DNA of 64,000 nt from NCBI GenBank assembly GCA_049997875.1, contig JBEKRC010000003.1:183885-247884 (forward strand), read 5' to 3'. The stretch's first letter is position 1. Each line of letters starts with the position of its first letter. Under the pieces are notes generated by a model that was not told the DNA's origin, did no database searches, and saw nothing but the letters and a program-made list of their open reading frames with translations. The position numbers and the translations under genes are program-made. This document shows positions 39,482 through 49,492 of the stretch, piece by piece. The stretch comes from Minisyncoccia bacterium (lineage in GTDB: Bacteria; Patescibacteriota; Minisyncoccia; UBA6257; 2-01-FULL-56-20).

Positions 39482-41245
39482 TTATCTGATAACCACGTTG
39501 AACTGGCAGTAGTTCGGCAGGACGGTCCCGTCGGCCTGCCGTTCGTGATATACCACAACGACGGTATACGACCCCGGCACGGCGAACGGGGTGGTTTTAA
39601 GCACAATAGTGTCGCTGTCCGGCGCAGAGGTCGTAAGATACGAGCTTACGCCCGTGGGCAGGGAACCGACCGCGGCATCATACATGAATGCCGACGACGT
39701 TTTTGTTGAGGAAGGGATCTCTGGAGGGATAAGCTTCAGGAGAAACGCGACCGTGTCGCCGCGGGCGACGGAAGCTGAGAAGGGGTCCACCGAACATATT
39801 TGTTTGGCCCACGGACTGAAGACATTCTTGAACGCCTGTTCGGGCGACGGAATGTTTTGCGGAGGGGGCGCAGGGGGAGAGGGGCTCTCGCTCGCCGTTT
39901 CCGGCGCGGGAGACGGCATCACGTCGGTCGTATTATCAGGCGAATCAAGATAGTTCACTTCAACGCCCACGGAGTCAAGATAGACCTGCGGCGTGGAAGA
40001 CGAACCGAGCCCGACCAGGGCAACCTGCAGGTGGGAAAGTTCGTCCCATGAACGTATCGGAATAGGATAGCGCGCGACCTGCCAGTTCCCGGCATTCACA
40101 TTCACAACCGGCTGCCACGTGACCCCGTCCGTTGAATATTCAATGCTCAAGACGTCCTCCACGCTGCTTGAGGGCAACTCGATCGTCTTGAATATATCCG
40201 TGTCTACCGTCATTGTTCCGGTCGGCGCGGGAACGGTCGCCGTCGCAACGACGGCCGGAGGCGCGGACGAACTCTCGTCGGCATATGCGGCAGGGACCAA
40301 CTTCACCAACCACGAGGTTGGTGATGAATCCGTGTCCGTGGTGGAACTCTCGTCCGGGACCGACGCGGGAGCGGGGGCGGGCTCGGGGGCCGTGATGGAA
40401 TTCTCATTGGTATCGGTACTGGTCATATCGGTTGTGGAAGTAGGGGCAATGACAGTAGTGGTGGCGAGCGCCGCGGGGGTGGGTGTAGCCGGGAGCAAAT
40501 CCGTGGTTGTCGTGGTCGTCGTGGCCGGCACGGCACCCGTTCCGATATCCAATGTGCCCGATGCGGTTGTGCTTGTCCCCTCGTCAGGCGACGGTGGTTG
40601 GATTGAAGTTGAGGCCTCGTCCGGAGTCGGGGTCGGAGCCGGCACCACCCCCGTCACTCCCCCTCCGCCGCCGCCACTGCCCTCAACCGACGGAGAACTT
40701 GAAGCGGTTGATGATTGAGCGGGTACAACAGCCGCCGTCCCGCTTGCCGTGCCGCTCGCACTGCTCGCGACCGGAAATATAAAGTTCCAAGAAAGAATGA
40801 GATAAGCATTCTGAAAAGGTTTTGCCTGAAGCGATGCGATGTCCGCGTCACCCGAAAAATTGCCGCAGAATATTTGCGCCGTCCCTGTCCCGAAAAACGC
40901 TGAATTCGCGCCATTCCATGCCGACGGCGGCGAGCCGGGCGGCACATCCGGTTTCCCCAATGCATTCGCCACGTTTTGCCAATTCCCGAGACAGGAAGAA
41001 GGATAAAAATCCGCCGTGCTCGCGAATCCGATAAGAGCATAGCGAACAAATATCGGAACGACGATGAGCGTGAAAAGCAAAAAGAACGCCACCCTATGAT
41101 GCCGGATAAAACGGAGCACTTTTGTGCGGCTTATTTCAAAGCGCCAGACCTTTTCGCGCAACACGACAGTTTGCCCGGAGGAAGCGCGTCCGACATCGCT
41201 TACCGCGCGCTCTTTGCTATTCCCCTTTGAGCGCTTTGTCCACAT
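39482..41245 (-). CDS. membrane-anchored Thr/Pro/Ser-rich low-complexity protein with C-terminal globular domain
   Basis: N-terminal TM (VAFFLLFTLIVVPIFVRYALIGF), long TTTTTTT/GGGGGG/PAP linker, ~200-aa C-terminal domain. Start uncertain; placed at MMWTKRS to limit overlap with the upstream gene. Confidence 0.45.
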   Translation of the reverse strand: MWTKRSKGNSKERAVSDVGRASSGQTVVLREKVWRFEISRTKVLRFIRHHRVAFFLLFTLIVVPIFVRYALIGFASTADFYPSSCLGNWQNVANALGKPDVPPGSPPSAWNGANSAFFGTGTAQIFCGNFSGDADIASLQAKPFQNAYLILSWNFIFPVASSASGTASGTAAVVPAQSSTASSSPSVEGSGGGGGGVTGVVPAPTPTPDEASTSIQPPSPDEGTSTTASGTLDIGTGAVPATTTTTTTDLLPATPTPAALATTTVIAPTSTTDMTSTDTNENSITAPEPAPAPASVPDESSTTDTDSSPTSWLVKLVPAAYADESSSAPPAVVATATVPAPTGTMTVDTDIFKTIELPSSSVEDVLSIEYSTDGVTWQPVVNVNAGNWQVARYPIPIRSWDELSHLQVALVGLGSSSTPQVYLDSVGVEVNYLDSPDNTTDVMPSPAPETASESPSPPAPPPQNIPSPEQAFKNVFSPWAKQICSVDPFSASVARGDTVAFLLKLIPPEIPSSTKTSSAFMYDAAVGSLPTGVSSYLTTSAPDSDTIVLKTTPFAVPGSYTVVVVYHERQADGTVLPNYCQFNVVIR

Positions 41246-43004
41246 CATCAACTTCTTTTTGGATGGTGCTTTCGGAAACCGTGAGTGCGTTCCGCAGGGC
41301 ATCAAGCACATGTTCCGGTTCAAGCTTCTCCGCGCCTTGCGCCTGGGCGGCGCCGCCATCCATTTGGTTCACCTTTTCCTCAACCTCCTCGCGCAATGCC
41401 TCAAAGACCGCCTCCGTCTTTTCTCGTATTTCTTCGTTCTCGCGCTTCGCGAGCGCAAACTGCATATCAAGGATCTTCTTCCGGTAAAAGCCGAAGCCCA
41501 CAAGGCCCACGATCATGAAGAACAGGGCCACGATGACGGCCCACCCGAAGCGGTCAAGGAACGGTGCCGCGATCACGTTGATCTGCGTTTTGTCGGTGGA
41601 AGTGGCCGCCGCGCCCTGCGTTGTCACCATGGTGACGCCAAGATCGTAGTTCCCGGTCGGCAATCCGCCCTCAAGCGCAAAGAGCCAGTGGCCCGTCTGG
41701 TCTGCGACCATCTTCCCCTCTGTGACCACCTTTCCGCTGTCCAAAATGTCCACGGTTACGTTCGCATTGCTGTCGGCGATACCCTCAAGGACAATGGGCG
41801 ACCGCTCAATGATCGTCGCCGGGAAATTCGTGATCTTTGGCATCGCGATGCCCGGGATCTCGAACGCGGCGTGCGCCTCGGCGAAGTTCCCTGCCTTGTC
41901 CACGGCACGGATCACGACCGTGTGTTTCCCGGGCAGGAGGGGCGGCGCCGTGTAAACACCGTTCTGGATATCGGAAAGGGCAACGACCGTGGAACTCACG
42001 CCGTCGAAGTTCGCTTCATAGTGGTCAATGCCGGAAACCGTATCCGTCGCATTGAAAGAAAGCAGGGTGAGCCCGTTCAGACCGCCGCCCGGCTGCGCGT
42101 TCACCGTGAAAGGCTGGGGCGGCGCGAGATCGATCTGAACCTGGTAGTGAACGGGGTCGCTCCAGTTCCCGAGTGAATCCTCAAAGCGCACATGGAAGTA
42201 CGATACGCCTTCGTGAATGCCGGAGTATTGCTTTGACGATATGAGGCCTTCGGAAGAACGCTTTGGGTACGTGGTAGGACTCTTGTCAAATGCCGTACTC
42301 ACGCCGGCAACATCGGAGGTGAGCTGCCACGTGAAGGTGGGGCTGTCGTTCGCGTACCACTTTTGCTGATCGGGATGCGTGGGCGACGAGACGGCGATGG
42401 AAACGATGAACGGCGTCTCTGCGGGAGTTGAGGCGCCTCCGCTGGATGGAGGTTTCTCGGACGGCGATGTAGAAGCAGACACAGACGCAGGCGCAGTGCC
42501 CGTACCCGAACCGCCGATCGCGAAGCTCGCCGTCCCCGTGCCGCCCAAGACATTTGTTCCCTGCCCATCCGCCGCAAGCGACGACGCCGAAAGGAACTTA
42601 AGGCCCGCGGTGCCCGCGGCCTGCGCTTTGAACGTAATGCTCATTATGGTGCCGGCATTTCCGGCATACGCGCTCGTGACGCCGCCGCTGAAGTTCACCG
42701 TGCCGTCGGAGTTTGAGTACGAAGGATCTGCAACCCAAAGATTGAAAACAGAATTGTCCTTTGAGACGCTTTGCACCGCAAGGAGCGATGGATCAAAACT
42801 GATCTTCCCATCCGCGGCGTTTATGCCCACCCCGCCGCCGCTGTCCACGAGCACGTTCACCGTGAACGTGCTCCCTACGGCGTATGAGCCGCTTGAAGGA
42901 CCGAATGAGAGCGAAGCGCCGGCCGCAAGCACGGGCGCCGCGGGAACCACGAATCCTACCAACAAAGAGGTTGTCCCCACGGCGATGGCTGCGCCCCACC
43001 TCAT
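41217..43004 (-). CDS. cohesin-domain surface protein with C-terminal TM anchor and cytoplasmic coiled-coil tail
   Basis: Signal peptide; SLSFGPSSGSYAVGSTFTVNVLVDSGGGVGINAADGKISFDPSLLAVQSV...GTIMSITFKAQAAG (cohesin pattern); Ig-like repeats; TM GWAVIVALFFMIVGLVGFGFY followed by a charged helical tail. Confidence 0.6.
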   Translation of the reverse strand: MRWGAAIAVGTTSLLVGFVVPAAPVLAAGASLSFGPSSGSYAVGSTFTVNVLVDSGGGVGINAADGKISFDPSLLAVQSVSKDNSVFNLWVADPSYSNSDGTVNFSGGVTSAYAGNAGTIMSITFKAQAAGTAGLKFLSASSLAADGQGTNVLGGTGTASFAIGGSGTGTAPASVSASTSPSEKPPSSGGASTPAETPFIVSIAVSSPTHPDQQKWYANDSPTFTWQLTSDVAGVSTAFDKSPTTYPKRSSEGLISSKQYSGIHEGVSYFHVRFEDSLGNWSDPVHYQVQIDLAPPQPFTVNAQPGGGLNGLTLLSFNATDTVSGIDHYEANFDGVSSTVVALSDIQNGVYTAPPLLPGKHTVVIRAVDKAGNFAEAHAAFEIPGIAMPKITNFPATIIERSPIVLEGIADSNANVTVDILDSGKVVTEGKMVADQTGHWLFALEGGLPTGNYDLGVTMVTTQGAAATSTDKTQINVIAAPFLDRFGWAVIVALFFMIVGLVGFGFYRKKILDMQFALAKRENEEIREKTEAVFEALREEVEEKVNQMDGGAAQAQGAEKLEPEHVLDALRNALTVSESTIQKEVDDVDKALKGE

Positions 43005-43579
43005 ACCTTTGGTGCTTCGTTCTTCGATTCCCGGACGGGAAGCTTTTTCCCCTCCCCAAGCTTCTTTATGGGAAGAACAACAATGAGCACGCCGTGCTGC
43101 AAAAACGTTTCCGCTTCCCCGCCATCAAAAGGCGCAGGAAGGTACACTTTGCGGTAGAGGGGATCCCACTTGATCTCCTGTTTCACGAACCTGCCCTTTT
43201 CCGGTTCCGCTCCAGGCTGCGCCCCGTGGGGAGGTGGAACGTCCGGCCTCTTCTGTTTCGCTTGGATAAGAAGCGTGTTGGATTCCTCATCCGCCGTCAC
43301 ATCAAAATCTTCAGGGAAAACTCCGCCCGCCTGTACAAAAACCACCATCCGCGTGTCGGATTGGAAAAGATCGACCGTTAAAGAATCCGTACCTTCGGGT
43401 GCCGAATCGGGCGCTCCCGCCGGATCACCCGGAGGGTCCCCCTTTGGCGGATCGGCGGTCTTTGCCCCCGCTGCGTTGTACGAAACGCCTCTCGCCGCAA
43501 CCGACGCTGCCCCTTTTGCAGTCGCTGCGGCATCCTCCTTCTGCAACTTCGTCGATAGCTTTTCGTAAAAGGATGCCAT
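43001..43579 (-). CDS. Hsp20/alpha-crystallin-domain protein with Pro/Ala-rich N-terminal region
   Basis: LTVDLFQSDTRMVVFVQAGGVFPEDFDVTADEESNTLLIQAK...GVLIVVLPIK parallels the Hsp20 at 27078. Confidence 0.6.
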   Translation of the reverse strand: MASFYEKLSTKLQKEDAAATAKGAASVAARGVSYNAAGAKTADPPKGDPPGDPAGAPDSAPEGTDSLTVDLFQSDTRMVVFVQAGGVFPEDFDVTADEESNTLLIQAKQKRPDVPPPHGAQPGAEPEKGRFVKQEIKWDPLYRKVYLPAPFDGGEAETFLQHGVLIVVLPIKKLGEGKKLPVRESKNEAPKV

Positions 43580-43630
43580 GTGATTTCACTTTCAGTATAC
43601 CAAACCGAAACGGTTCTTGTATCCCCAGGA

Positions 43631-45319
43631 TCAACCCGTCCAATGGGAAAGCATAATACTGAGATCGGGGAGATCCACGACGCCATCATGATTCAGATCG
43701 CCGGGCGGCCAGTCTTGTCCCCAGTGAAAAATCAGGACGGAAAAATCCACAAGGTTTACCTTGCCGTCTCCGTTAAAATCCGGATTCCCGGTTTTCGGCA
43801 TCGGTTCTTGCCCCACGCCGAGGTATGTAATGCCCGAAAAATCGCTCACCTGCAGTCCCGGCACAAACGACCGCGCCTTGACCTCGTAGGTATCCACGGC
43901 AAAACCGGTCGTATCCACCGCGTAGGACCAGCGGCCGTCCTCTCCGGCTCCGGCGGTGACCTCCACGGGACTTTTGGCGCCTTGCTGGCTCGTCACCCAA
44001 ATCTCCACGGTGGACGACGGCTCGCTCTCACCCGAGATCGTGACCTTTTTGCCCGGCGCCACCGTGCTTGTCGCGAGCGAAACGCTCGGAGGCATCACGA
44101 GTCCCGTCACGCTGTTCGCCGTTCCGGCGACGATCGTCATCGTGAAGGTTTGCTCCGAGATGCGCTGTCCGTTGCCATCGTTGATGTAGAGCGTGAACGT
44201 GTATACTCCTTGCGCGAGCGAAGGAATATTGACCGTAAAATCTCCGTTCCCGTCCGACGTCGTGCGCTGCGGGACGGCCGTTCCGTCGCGGAGAACCAAT
44301 ATCTCGCTTGACGGCAATGCCACGCCATGGATGACAAGGGAAGGCGACGACGGGCCGGGCGGATACGGCGCCCCGCCCCCGCCCCCAGCGCCTCCGGCAG
44401 TCCCCCCGCTGCTTCCTACTCCCGTCGGACTGCCGGCCGTAAACGAAATCACATAATCGCTCTGGTTCTTATTGCCCGCGAAATCCACGCATCGAACATA
44501 GTAGGTATAGGTGACTCCCTGTGCGATACCGGTCACCGTGAATGTATGGAAGGTTCCCACCGAATTATCCGCAGTAAGATTTGTCATCGCATCATAGCTC
44601 ACGCCCGGTGTCGTCGCATAGCGGCAGAGCGCGTACGTATCCGTATCAAAGGAAGCTACCACTGCCAAAACATTCGATGGGATCGTGCCCGACGGCATCC
44701 CATTCGAGAGCACGGGAGGATTTACCCTGTTGGTATTCACTTCAACCCCCACGGCGGGAAGTATCACGACCATCGCCGCCCCGTAATCGATTGGCGCGCT
44801 CGCCACACTGTAGGTATTGATGAAAATACGGTAGGAAGCCGTCGAGGACGGATTCGTGATCTGATATGTCCCCATGGGAGCGTTTGTGCCCAAAAGGAGG
44901 CGCGCATGGGCGCCCGCCGGGATGCCGTTCCCCGAAGAAAGCGTGATCGCGATGGGTCCGGTAAGGGGCGTAATGGCCACGCCGTCGCTCACTGCATCCG
45001 GTGCTGCCGCGAGCGGCCTTTCCGTAAAGCCGGAGGTCGGCGACGAAGTGGAATAGGCAAGGTCCATGTCGCTGTAACTGAACGAAGGGTCAATCGCGAA
45101 CGGCGTGCCTTCAAAACTTATGACGATCTCCCCCGACGCGGGAACGGCATCCGGAACACTAAAAAGAACGGTGTGGTTCGCCGGGAACGACGGCCTTGAG
45201 TCCGTGATCGTGTCGCTCACGAAACTGAGTTGCGACGCGATCGCGTGTGACGCCACAGCGCCAAAAACGAGCGCCGCGCATACGGGACCAATGGAACACA
45301 ACTGGGATCGGAGCTTCAC
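43631..45319 (-). CDS. secreted FN3-containing protein with C-terminal dockerin-like domain
   Basis: Signal peptide. N-terminal domain similar to that of 46909..48060 (LSFVSDTITDSRPSFPANHTV vs LTAVSDTLSDSRPGWQANHTI). Middle region homologous to 28590..29741. C-terminus DFNGDGKVNLVDFSVLIFHWG...DLNHDGVVDLPDLSIMLSHWTG. Confidence 0.6.
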   Translation of the reverse strand: MKLRSQLCSIGPVCAALVFGAVASHAIASQLSFVSDTITDSRPSFPANHTVLFSVPDAVPASGEIVISFEGTPFAIDPSFSYSDMDLAYSTSSPTSGFTERPLAAAPDAVSDGVAITPLTGPIAITLSSGNGIPAGAHARLLLGTNAPMGTYQITNPSSTASYRIFINTYSVASAPIDYGAAMVVILPAVGVEVNTNRVNPPVLSNGMPSGTIPSNVLAVVASFDTDTYALCRYATTPGVSYDAMTNLTADNSVGTFHTFTVTGIAQGVTYTYYVRCVDFAGNKNQSDYVISFTAGSPTGVGSSGGTAGGAGGGGGAPYPPGPSSPSLVIHGVALPSSEILVLRDGTAVPQRTTSDGNGDFTVNIPSLAQGVYTFTLYINDGNGQRISEQTFTMTIVAGTANSVTGLVMPPSVSLATSTVAPGKKVTISGESEPSSTVEIWVTSQQGAKSPVEVTAGAGEDGRWSYAVDTTGFAVDTYEVKARSFVPGLQVSDFSGITYLGVGQEPMPKTGNPDFNGDGKVNLVDFSVLIFHWGQDWPPGDLNHDGVVDLPDLSIMLSHWTG

Positions 45320-45339
45320 CTCTCAATTTTACCACGCGC

Positions 45340-45738
45340 TCACGAATGTATGGCCGGGGCGGAGGGCAGATCGGGGTCTCCCGTTTTTTTATGGAAACGG
45401 CGCCAGTCAAGATAGAAGTTCAGGGCGACGAGGACCGCAAGGACCGCTACGGCAACCGTGAGATAGCCGAGGGAAGAATCCCCTGCCGGCGAACTCGCGG
45501 CCGCGGTTGTCGAAGCAAGCGCCGCTTCCTGCGCGTTGAGGTAGGCCGCTTTTTGGCTCAAGGCATCATTCAGGGTATTGTACGGGTTGGGCAGCACGCC
45601 CACGCTCACGCCAACCTGGGCCAAGAGCGTCTTCCCGAAGAACGCGAGCTTCACATGCGAAGCAGTAACAAAGACCACGAGACCCATGAGCACGATGAGC
45701 CCAAAGAGTCCCGCTTTTTTGATCGTCGGTTTAACCAA
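45340..45738 (-). CDS. small two-TM membrane protein (hypothetical; CscD-position analog)
   Basis: 132 aa, TM helices at both ends. Confidence 0.4.
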   Translation of the reverse strand: MVKPTIKKAGLFGLIVLMGLVVFVTASHVKLAFFGKTLLAQVGVSVGVLPNPYNTLNDALSQKAAYLNAQEAALASTTAAASSPAGDSSLGYLTVAVAVLAVLVALNFYLDWRRFHKKTGDPDLPSAPAIHS

Positions 45739-46828
45739 AGAGGAGGAAAAGGATGATGAGGAAGATCACGGCAAAGATCGCGGTGGCGACCACAACGAAG
45801 ACGAGCCGCGAGAACGGCATCCGTCCCTCGTACAGGAACTTCTCCTCTTCGGAAATGGATGCTCTGCCGCTCCCCCCGCCCGTCATGGCATTCACCTTTC
45901 TTCTCACGTAGGTTCGGAGCGACCAGATGAATATGAGGACGAAGAAAATAACGCTCCCCAAGACCGCAACGATCGGGACGACCGGAATGATCCAGAACGA
46001 GGTGCTCGCCGAAACGGTCTTCTGCGATTCATTCCCGTAGTTCAGGGACATCACGGCGTCAAAGCGACCGATCATAAAACCGCTCCCACTCCAAGATACT
46101 TGGAAGGAACGGCTGCTGCCTGGAAAGATCGCCTCGCCGCTGTCGTTCATAACGACGGTCGCAACCTTTTGTCCAAACATGTTAGTGATGTCTATCGGGC
46201 CGCGCGGACGGAGAAGCACGTTCCCCTGATCCGCAAGGTTCACGGTGAAGGTGACGCTCGGCACTTGATACAATCCCTTGTCGGTGCTGAACTCGCGCAC
46301 CTCGGTCTGCTCGACGGACTGACCCGCGATGCGGAGATCAATGAGCGATCCAACCTGATACCCCACGCCGGCACCCGTCATCGCGGGACGCGTCGCGCCG
46401 TAGTTCACAAAAATCGCGCCGTAGTGACCGCCCGGCGTTGCATCCTTTGGAACGTCAATGGCGAATGGAACCTGTTGGGAACCGTAGGCAGGGATCGTAA
46501 TCGTGGGGGTCGGGATCGTCACCCACAAACTCACGCCGTACTCGGGAACCGATGACGTGCTGAAGATAGGCTCTCCCGATCCGTTGATACCCTTGATGTC
46601 CTGCACTCCTACCGTAAACGTCTTGGTTGTCGGATCAGGATTTGACACGGTTACCGAGCTTGAAAAGCGGTCGCCGGGATTCACCACTTGCTCAAAGAGA
46701 GCTGGCTGAACCCTTATACCGGAAGACGAAGTCTGCGCCTGCACGCGAGGAAGGACGAGCAGGCCACTGACCGCAACGAGCGATGCCACAACGCCCGATA
46801 TGACCACCACCCGCGTACTTTTTAACAT
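45731..46828 (-). CDS. surface protein, DUF916/CscA-like architecture
   Basis: Signal peptide; IRVQPALFEQVVNPGDRFSSSVTVSNPDPTTKTFTV N-terminal pattern; C-terminal TM plus RTYVRRKV basic tail and a second C-terminal TM. Confidence 0.5.
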   Translation of the reverse strand: MLKSTRVVVISGVVASLVAVSGLLVLPRVQAQTSSSGIRVQPALFEQVVNPGDRFSSSVTVSNPDPTTKTFTVGVQDIKGINGSGEPIFSTSSVPEYGVSLWVTIPTPTITIPAYGSQQVPFAIDVPKDATPGGHYGAIFVNYGATRPAMTGAGVGYQVGSLIDLRIAGQSVEQTEVREFSTDKGLYQVPSVTFTVNLADQGNVLLRPRGPIDITNMFGQKVATVVMNDSGEAIFPGSSRSFQVSWSGSGFMIGRFDAVMSLNYGNESQKTVSASTSFWIIPVVPIVAVLGSVIFFVLIFIWSLRTYVRRKVNAMTGGGSGRASISEEEKFLYEGRMPFSRLVFVVVATAIFAVIFLIILFLLFG

Positions 46829-46908
46829 AGTGTTATCTTACCATTAGGGAACGGCCCGAAGCAAGCACTCCGACGAGACTGCTTCGTTCGAAATTGCGCG
46901 TGAGGGTG

Positions 46909-48060
46909 CTAGAACACCGGGGTCGCCACATAGATTAGGTTGTTCGTATAGTCGTTCGCTGCTGCCTGCAGGGAACCGATCTCAATGCGCATCGCCACCT
47001 TTGCGGCACCAACGTTCTGCGTCGTGCCGTCCGACGGCCCGGTCCATGCAAAGACCGTTAGGGTGGAGGTCGGATTGAAGCTGCCGGCGTAGAACGGCGT
47101 GCTCGTACCGAAGTTCAACGTGCCGCTTGCATCGTCGCTTGTGATCCCGAAGTGCCCATACGTAAGCGGCTGGTTGATGATGTTCGTGGGCGGGGTCCAG
47201 GGACTCGGAGTGGAGGTGGCGTTGCCGTTGCTGAAGAGGTGGATGGTGTTACCCTTGTTGCTTGTCAGATCCTGGTCCTCGTGGATGGTCACGGCGAAAC
47301 CATTGGAGGCGTTGGTGGTCACGTTCAGCTGCTGGCCGAGCTCATTGTGCGCGCCGGGAGATATCGTGCCGAACGGGAGCGAGGTTGACGCCGACGTGCC
47401 TGTTGTCGTCGCGCCGTTGAGGAGCGCAGTGGTTGTCGAAAGGCTCGACACCGTGAAGGTGAATGTGGTCGCGATCGCGGCGGTCACGTTCACGCCGTTC
47501 ACGATGGCCACGCGCGTGTCAGCCGAGTTCCCTTGGCTCCCGCCGATGCGGATGATGTAGGAACCGGTGCTCGTGGGGTTCGTAATCTTGTTGTTCCCGA
47601 CGATAAACTTCAACGTGCCGGTCGGAACGGTATTGGACGAACAAACCGTGAAGGTGAGCGTGCTCGTCACCGCGCTCGTGAGCTGGATGTTGTTTCCGCT
47701 ACCGGGACAGGACGAGGTGGCAAGCGTAGCCCCCGTAAGCGCAATATCGGTAGAGGTGACGTTCTGCACCCCCAAAAAGGCGTTCGTCGTTGGGTCAAAG
47801 GTAATCTGGATAGTCTGGGTCGCGAGCGTGCTGCTTGGATTCGTATACTGGATCGTATGGTTGGCTTGCCAGCCAGGTCGCGAATCGCTTAGGGTATCGC
47901 TTACGGCGGTAAGGCTTGCTGCGTGGGCCTGTGAAGGGAAAAAGTTCTGGAGTCCGATGGTCCATGCCAAGATGCTTATTAAAAGCCCTGCGGCGATAGC
48001 CACGCCGAGATCCCGTTTTGCATTTTTCAAATACTTGCCTTCAGAAAACATTTGTAACAA
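46909..48060 (-). CDS. secreted T/S-rich surface protein with class-B C-terminal module (WxL-like hypothesis)
   Basis: Signal peptide; C-terminal ~150 aa FGTISPGAHNELGQQLNVTTNASNGFAV...TVFAWTGPSDG...DYTNNLIYVATPVF, shared with 50453..51778. Confidence 0.5.
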   Translation of the reverse strand: MLQMFSEGKYLKNAKRDLGVAIAAGLLISILAWTIGLQNFFPSQAHAASLTAVSDTLSDSRPGWQANHTIQYTNPSSTLATQTIQITFDPTTNAFLGVQNVTSTDIALTGATLATSSCPGSGNNIQLTSAVTSTLTFTVCSSNTVPTGTLKFIVGNNKITNPTSTGSYIIRIGGSQGNSADTRVAIVNGVNVTAAIATTFTFTVSSLSTTTALLNGATTTGTSASTSLPFGTISPGAHNELGQQLNVTTNASNGFAVTIHEDQDLTSNKGNTIHLFSNGNATSTPSPWTPPTNIINQPLTYGHFGITSDDASGTLNFGTSTPFYAGSFNPTSTLTVFAWTGPSDGTTQNVGAAKVAMRIEIGSLQAAANDYTNNLIYVATPVF

Positions 48061-48100
48061 ATTTTAAATTTATATGTTTATACGACCTTGCAATAATCTT

Positions 48101-48175
48101 TTATCCAGTATAACACAACAAGACATCCACACTTCAATACCCAGTTATCCACAGGCATTCCATTCGCTATCTACA
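48101..48175 (+). promoter_or_regulatory. cluster of DnaA-box-like sites (TTATCCAGT, ACATCCACA, TTATCCACAGG, CTATCTACA)
   Basis: Perfect TTATCCACA at 48145-48153 plus three near-matches, same orientation, immediately upstream of the 46909..48060 promoter (TTGCAA at 48090). Confidence 0.45.
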
Positions 48176-48244
48176 TCAAAACCTGAACCGGGTCAGGGCC
48201 GTCACCTGACAAAGAACGAAACTACCCTCCCGAGAACGCCCTCC

Positions 48245-49492
48245 TTATCTTACATAATAGAGGGAAATCCACAGGATACCGAGCAAAACCAGTGCGAATA
48301 GAATCACAAAAAAGGCGTATTTTCTGAGAAATCCAAGGTATTTTCGCCAACTGAACCCCACGCCTCCATCTTTCGCATCAGGGTATGCCCTCCGAAGGTC
48401 AACTACCCCTCGGATGGCCGGCTCGCGGAGGATCTGCGAGCTCACGGGCGGCTCAGTTTCCCTTCGCCCGGCGGTTGCAGGACCGTACTTCGCCATCTCA
48501 AGCGCAAGCGCCCGCCGCACATACCTTCGTATGGCAACCACAAAAACCAAAAGGAAAAGGAGCGTCCCCAATGCGACTATAACCATCCGCCAGACGGGCA
48601 GTATCCAAAACGAAATTGTCTGTGAAACGCTCTTGTTCCCGTCCTCGCCGTATGCGAGCGTCGCGACGGCGGTATAAGGACCGATATCGAACCAACTCGT
48701 CTCGCCGCGCCACTCAAAGTCAAACCGGCGCGTGCTTGAGGGAAGCACGTAGCCGAGATTCGTCTGGTTGATCTCTATTTTTCCGCACTCTTTGCCCCAC
48801 GCGTTGTAAATCTCCACCTCGCCCATCGGATGCAAATGGACGTTCCCCGTATTTTGGAACTTGAGCGTGAAAGGAACGTCCGGATTGGCGTACGTCCCCT
48901 GCGATGTGGAAAATTCCGTAATGCTTCCCTCTTCCTTTATGTCTCCGCCCACGCGGACAAAGATGAGCGACGAGATGAAGCTGCCGACACCGATGCGCGA
49001 TCCGGCCATCCCGTTCAACGAAGGTTCCGTACCGATGAGGATCGCGGCATAGTGACCGCCCGGCGAAGCATCTTTGGGAACCGCGACGGAGAATGGAACA
49101 TCAACTGCTCCGTCCGGAGGTATGACGATCGGATCCTTCAAGACCGTGATCCAGTTCGCGAGCGCATCGCTGTCGTTCGCGAGGTCCGCGAGAGCAATGA
49201 ACGTCCCGTGCCCTTCTTCGTCGGAAGCCGCGAATCCCATGACCGACCCGTAGACCGTAAGCTCCCCTGCGTTCGCGTTCACCACCCTGATGGAACTCGC
49301 CCATGAATCTCCGGGATTCACGTTGAGTTCAAAGAACGGCGGCGTGATGGTGAGCGAGAGCGAATCGTTCGCGGCGCGCGAAGCGAACGGGCAGAAGCAC
49401 GCGAGCGCCGTGAGCGACCACGCGACGATCAGCAAAAGATGGCGATTACATGCGGCCATGAATGTCGTAAGGGTGTCGGAGGTCAATGACAT
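48245..49492 (-). CDS. surface protein, DUF916/CscA-like architecture
   Basis: Signal peptide; LSLTITPPFFELNVNPGDSWASSIRVVNANAGELTV; C-terminal TM plus RRYVRRALA tail and an additional C-terminal TM. Confidence 0.5.
   Translation of the reverse strand: MSLTSDTLTTFMAACNRHLLLIVAWSLTALACFCPFASRAANDSLSLTITPPFFELNVNPGDSWASSIRVVNANAGELTVYGSVMGFAASDEEGHGTFIALADLANDSDALANWITVLKDPIVIPPDGAVDVPFSVAVPKDASPGGHYAAILIGTEPSLNGMAGSRIGVGSFISSLIFVRVGGDIKEEGSITEFSTSQGTYANPDVPFTLKFQNTGNVHLHPMGEVEIYNAWGKECGKIEINQTNLGYVLPSSTRRFDFEWRGETSWFDIGPYTAVATLAYGEDGNKSVSQTISFWILPVWRMVIVALGTLLFLLVFVVAIRRYVRRALALEMAKYGPATAGRRETEPPVSSQILREPAIRGVVDLRRAYPDAKDGGVGFSWRKYLGFLRKYAFFVILFALVLLGILWISLYYVR

Noticed and set aside
41124-42176. 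350-aa plus-strand ORF
   Set aside because: Antisense to the cohesin-domain gene 41217..43004.
44327-46555. Plus-strand ORFs 44327..45199 and 45578..46555
   Set aside because: Antisense to the dockerin/FN3 and DUF916-like genes; Arg-rich.
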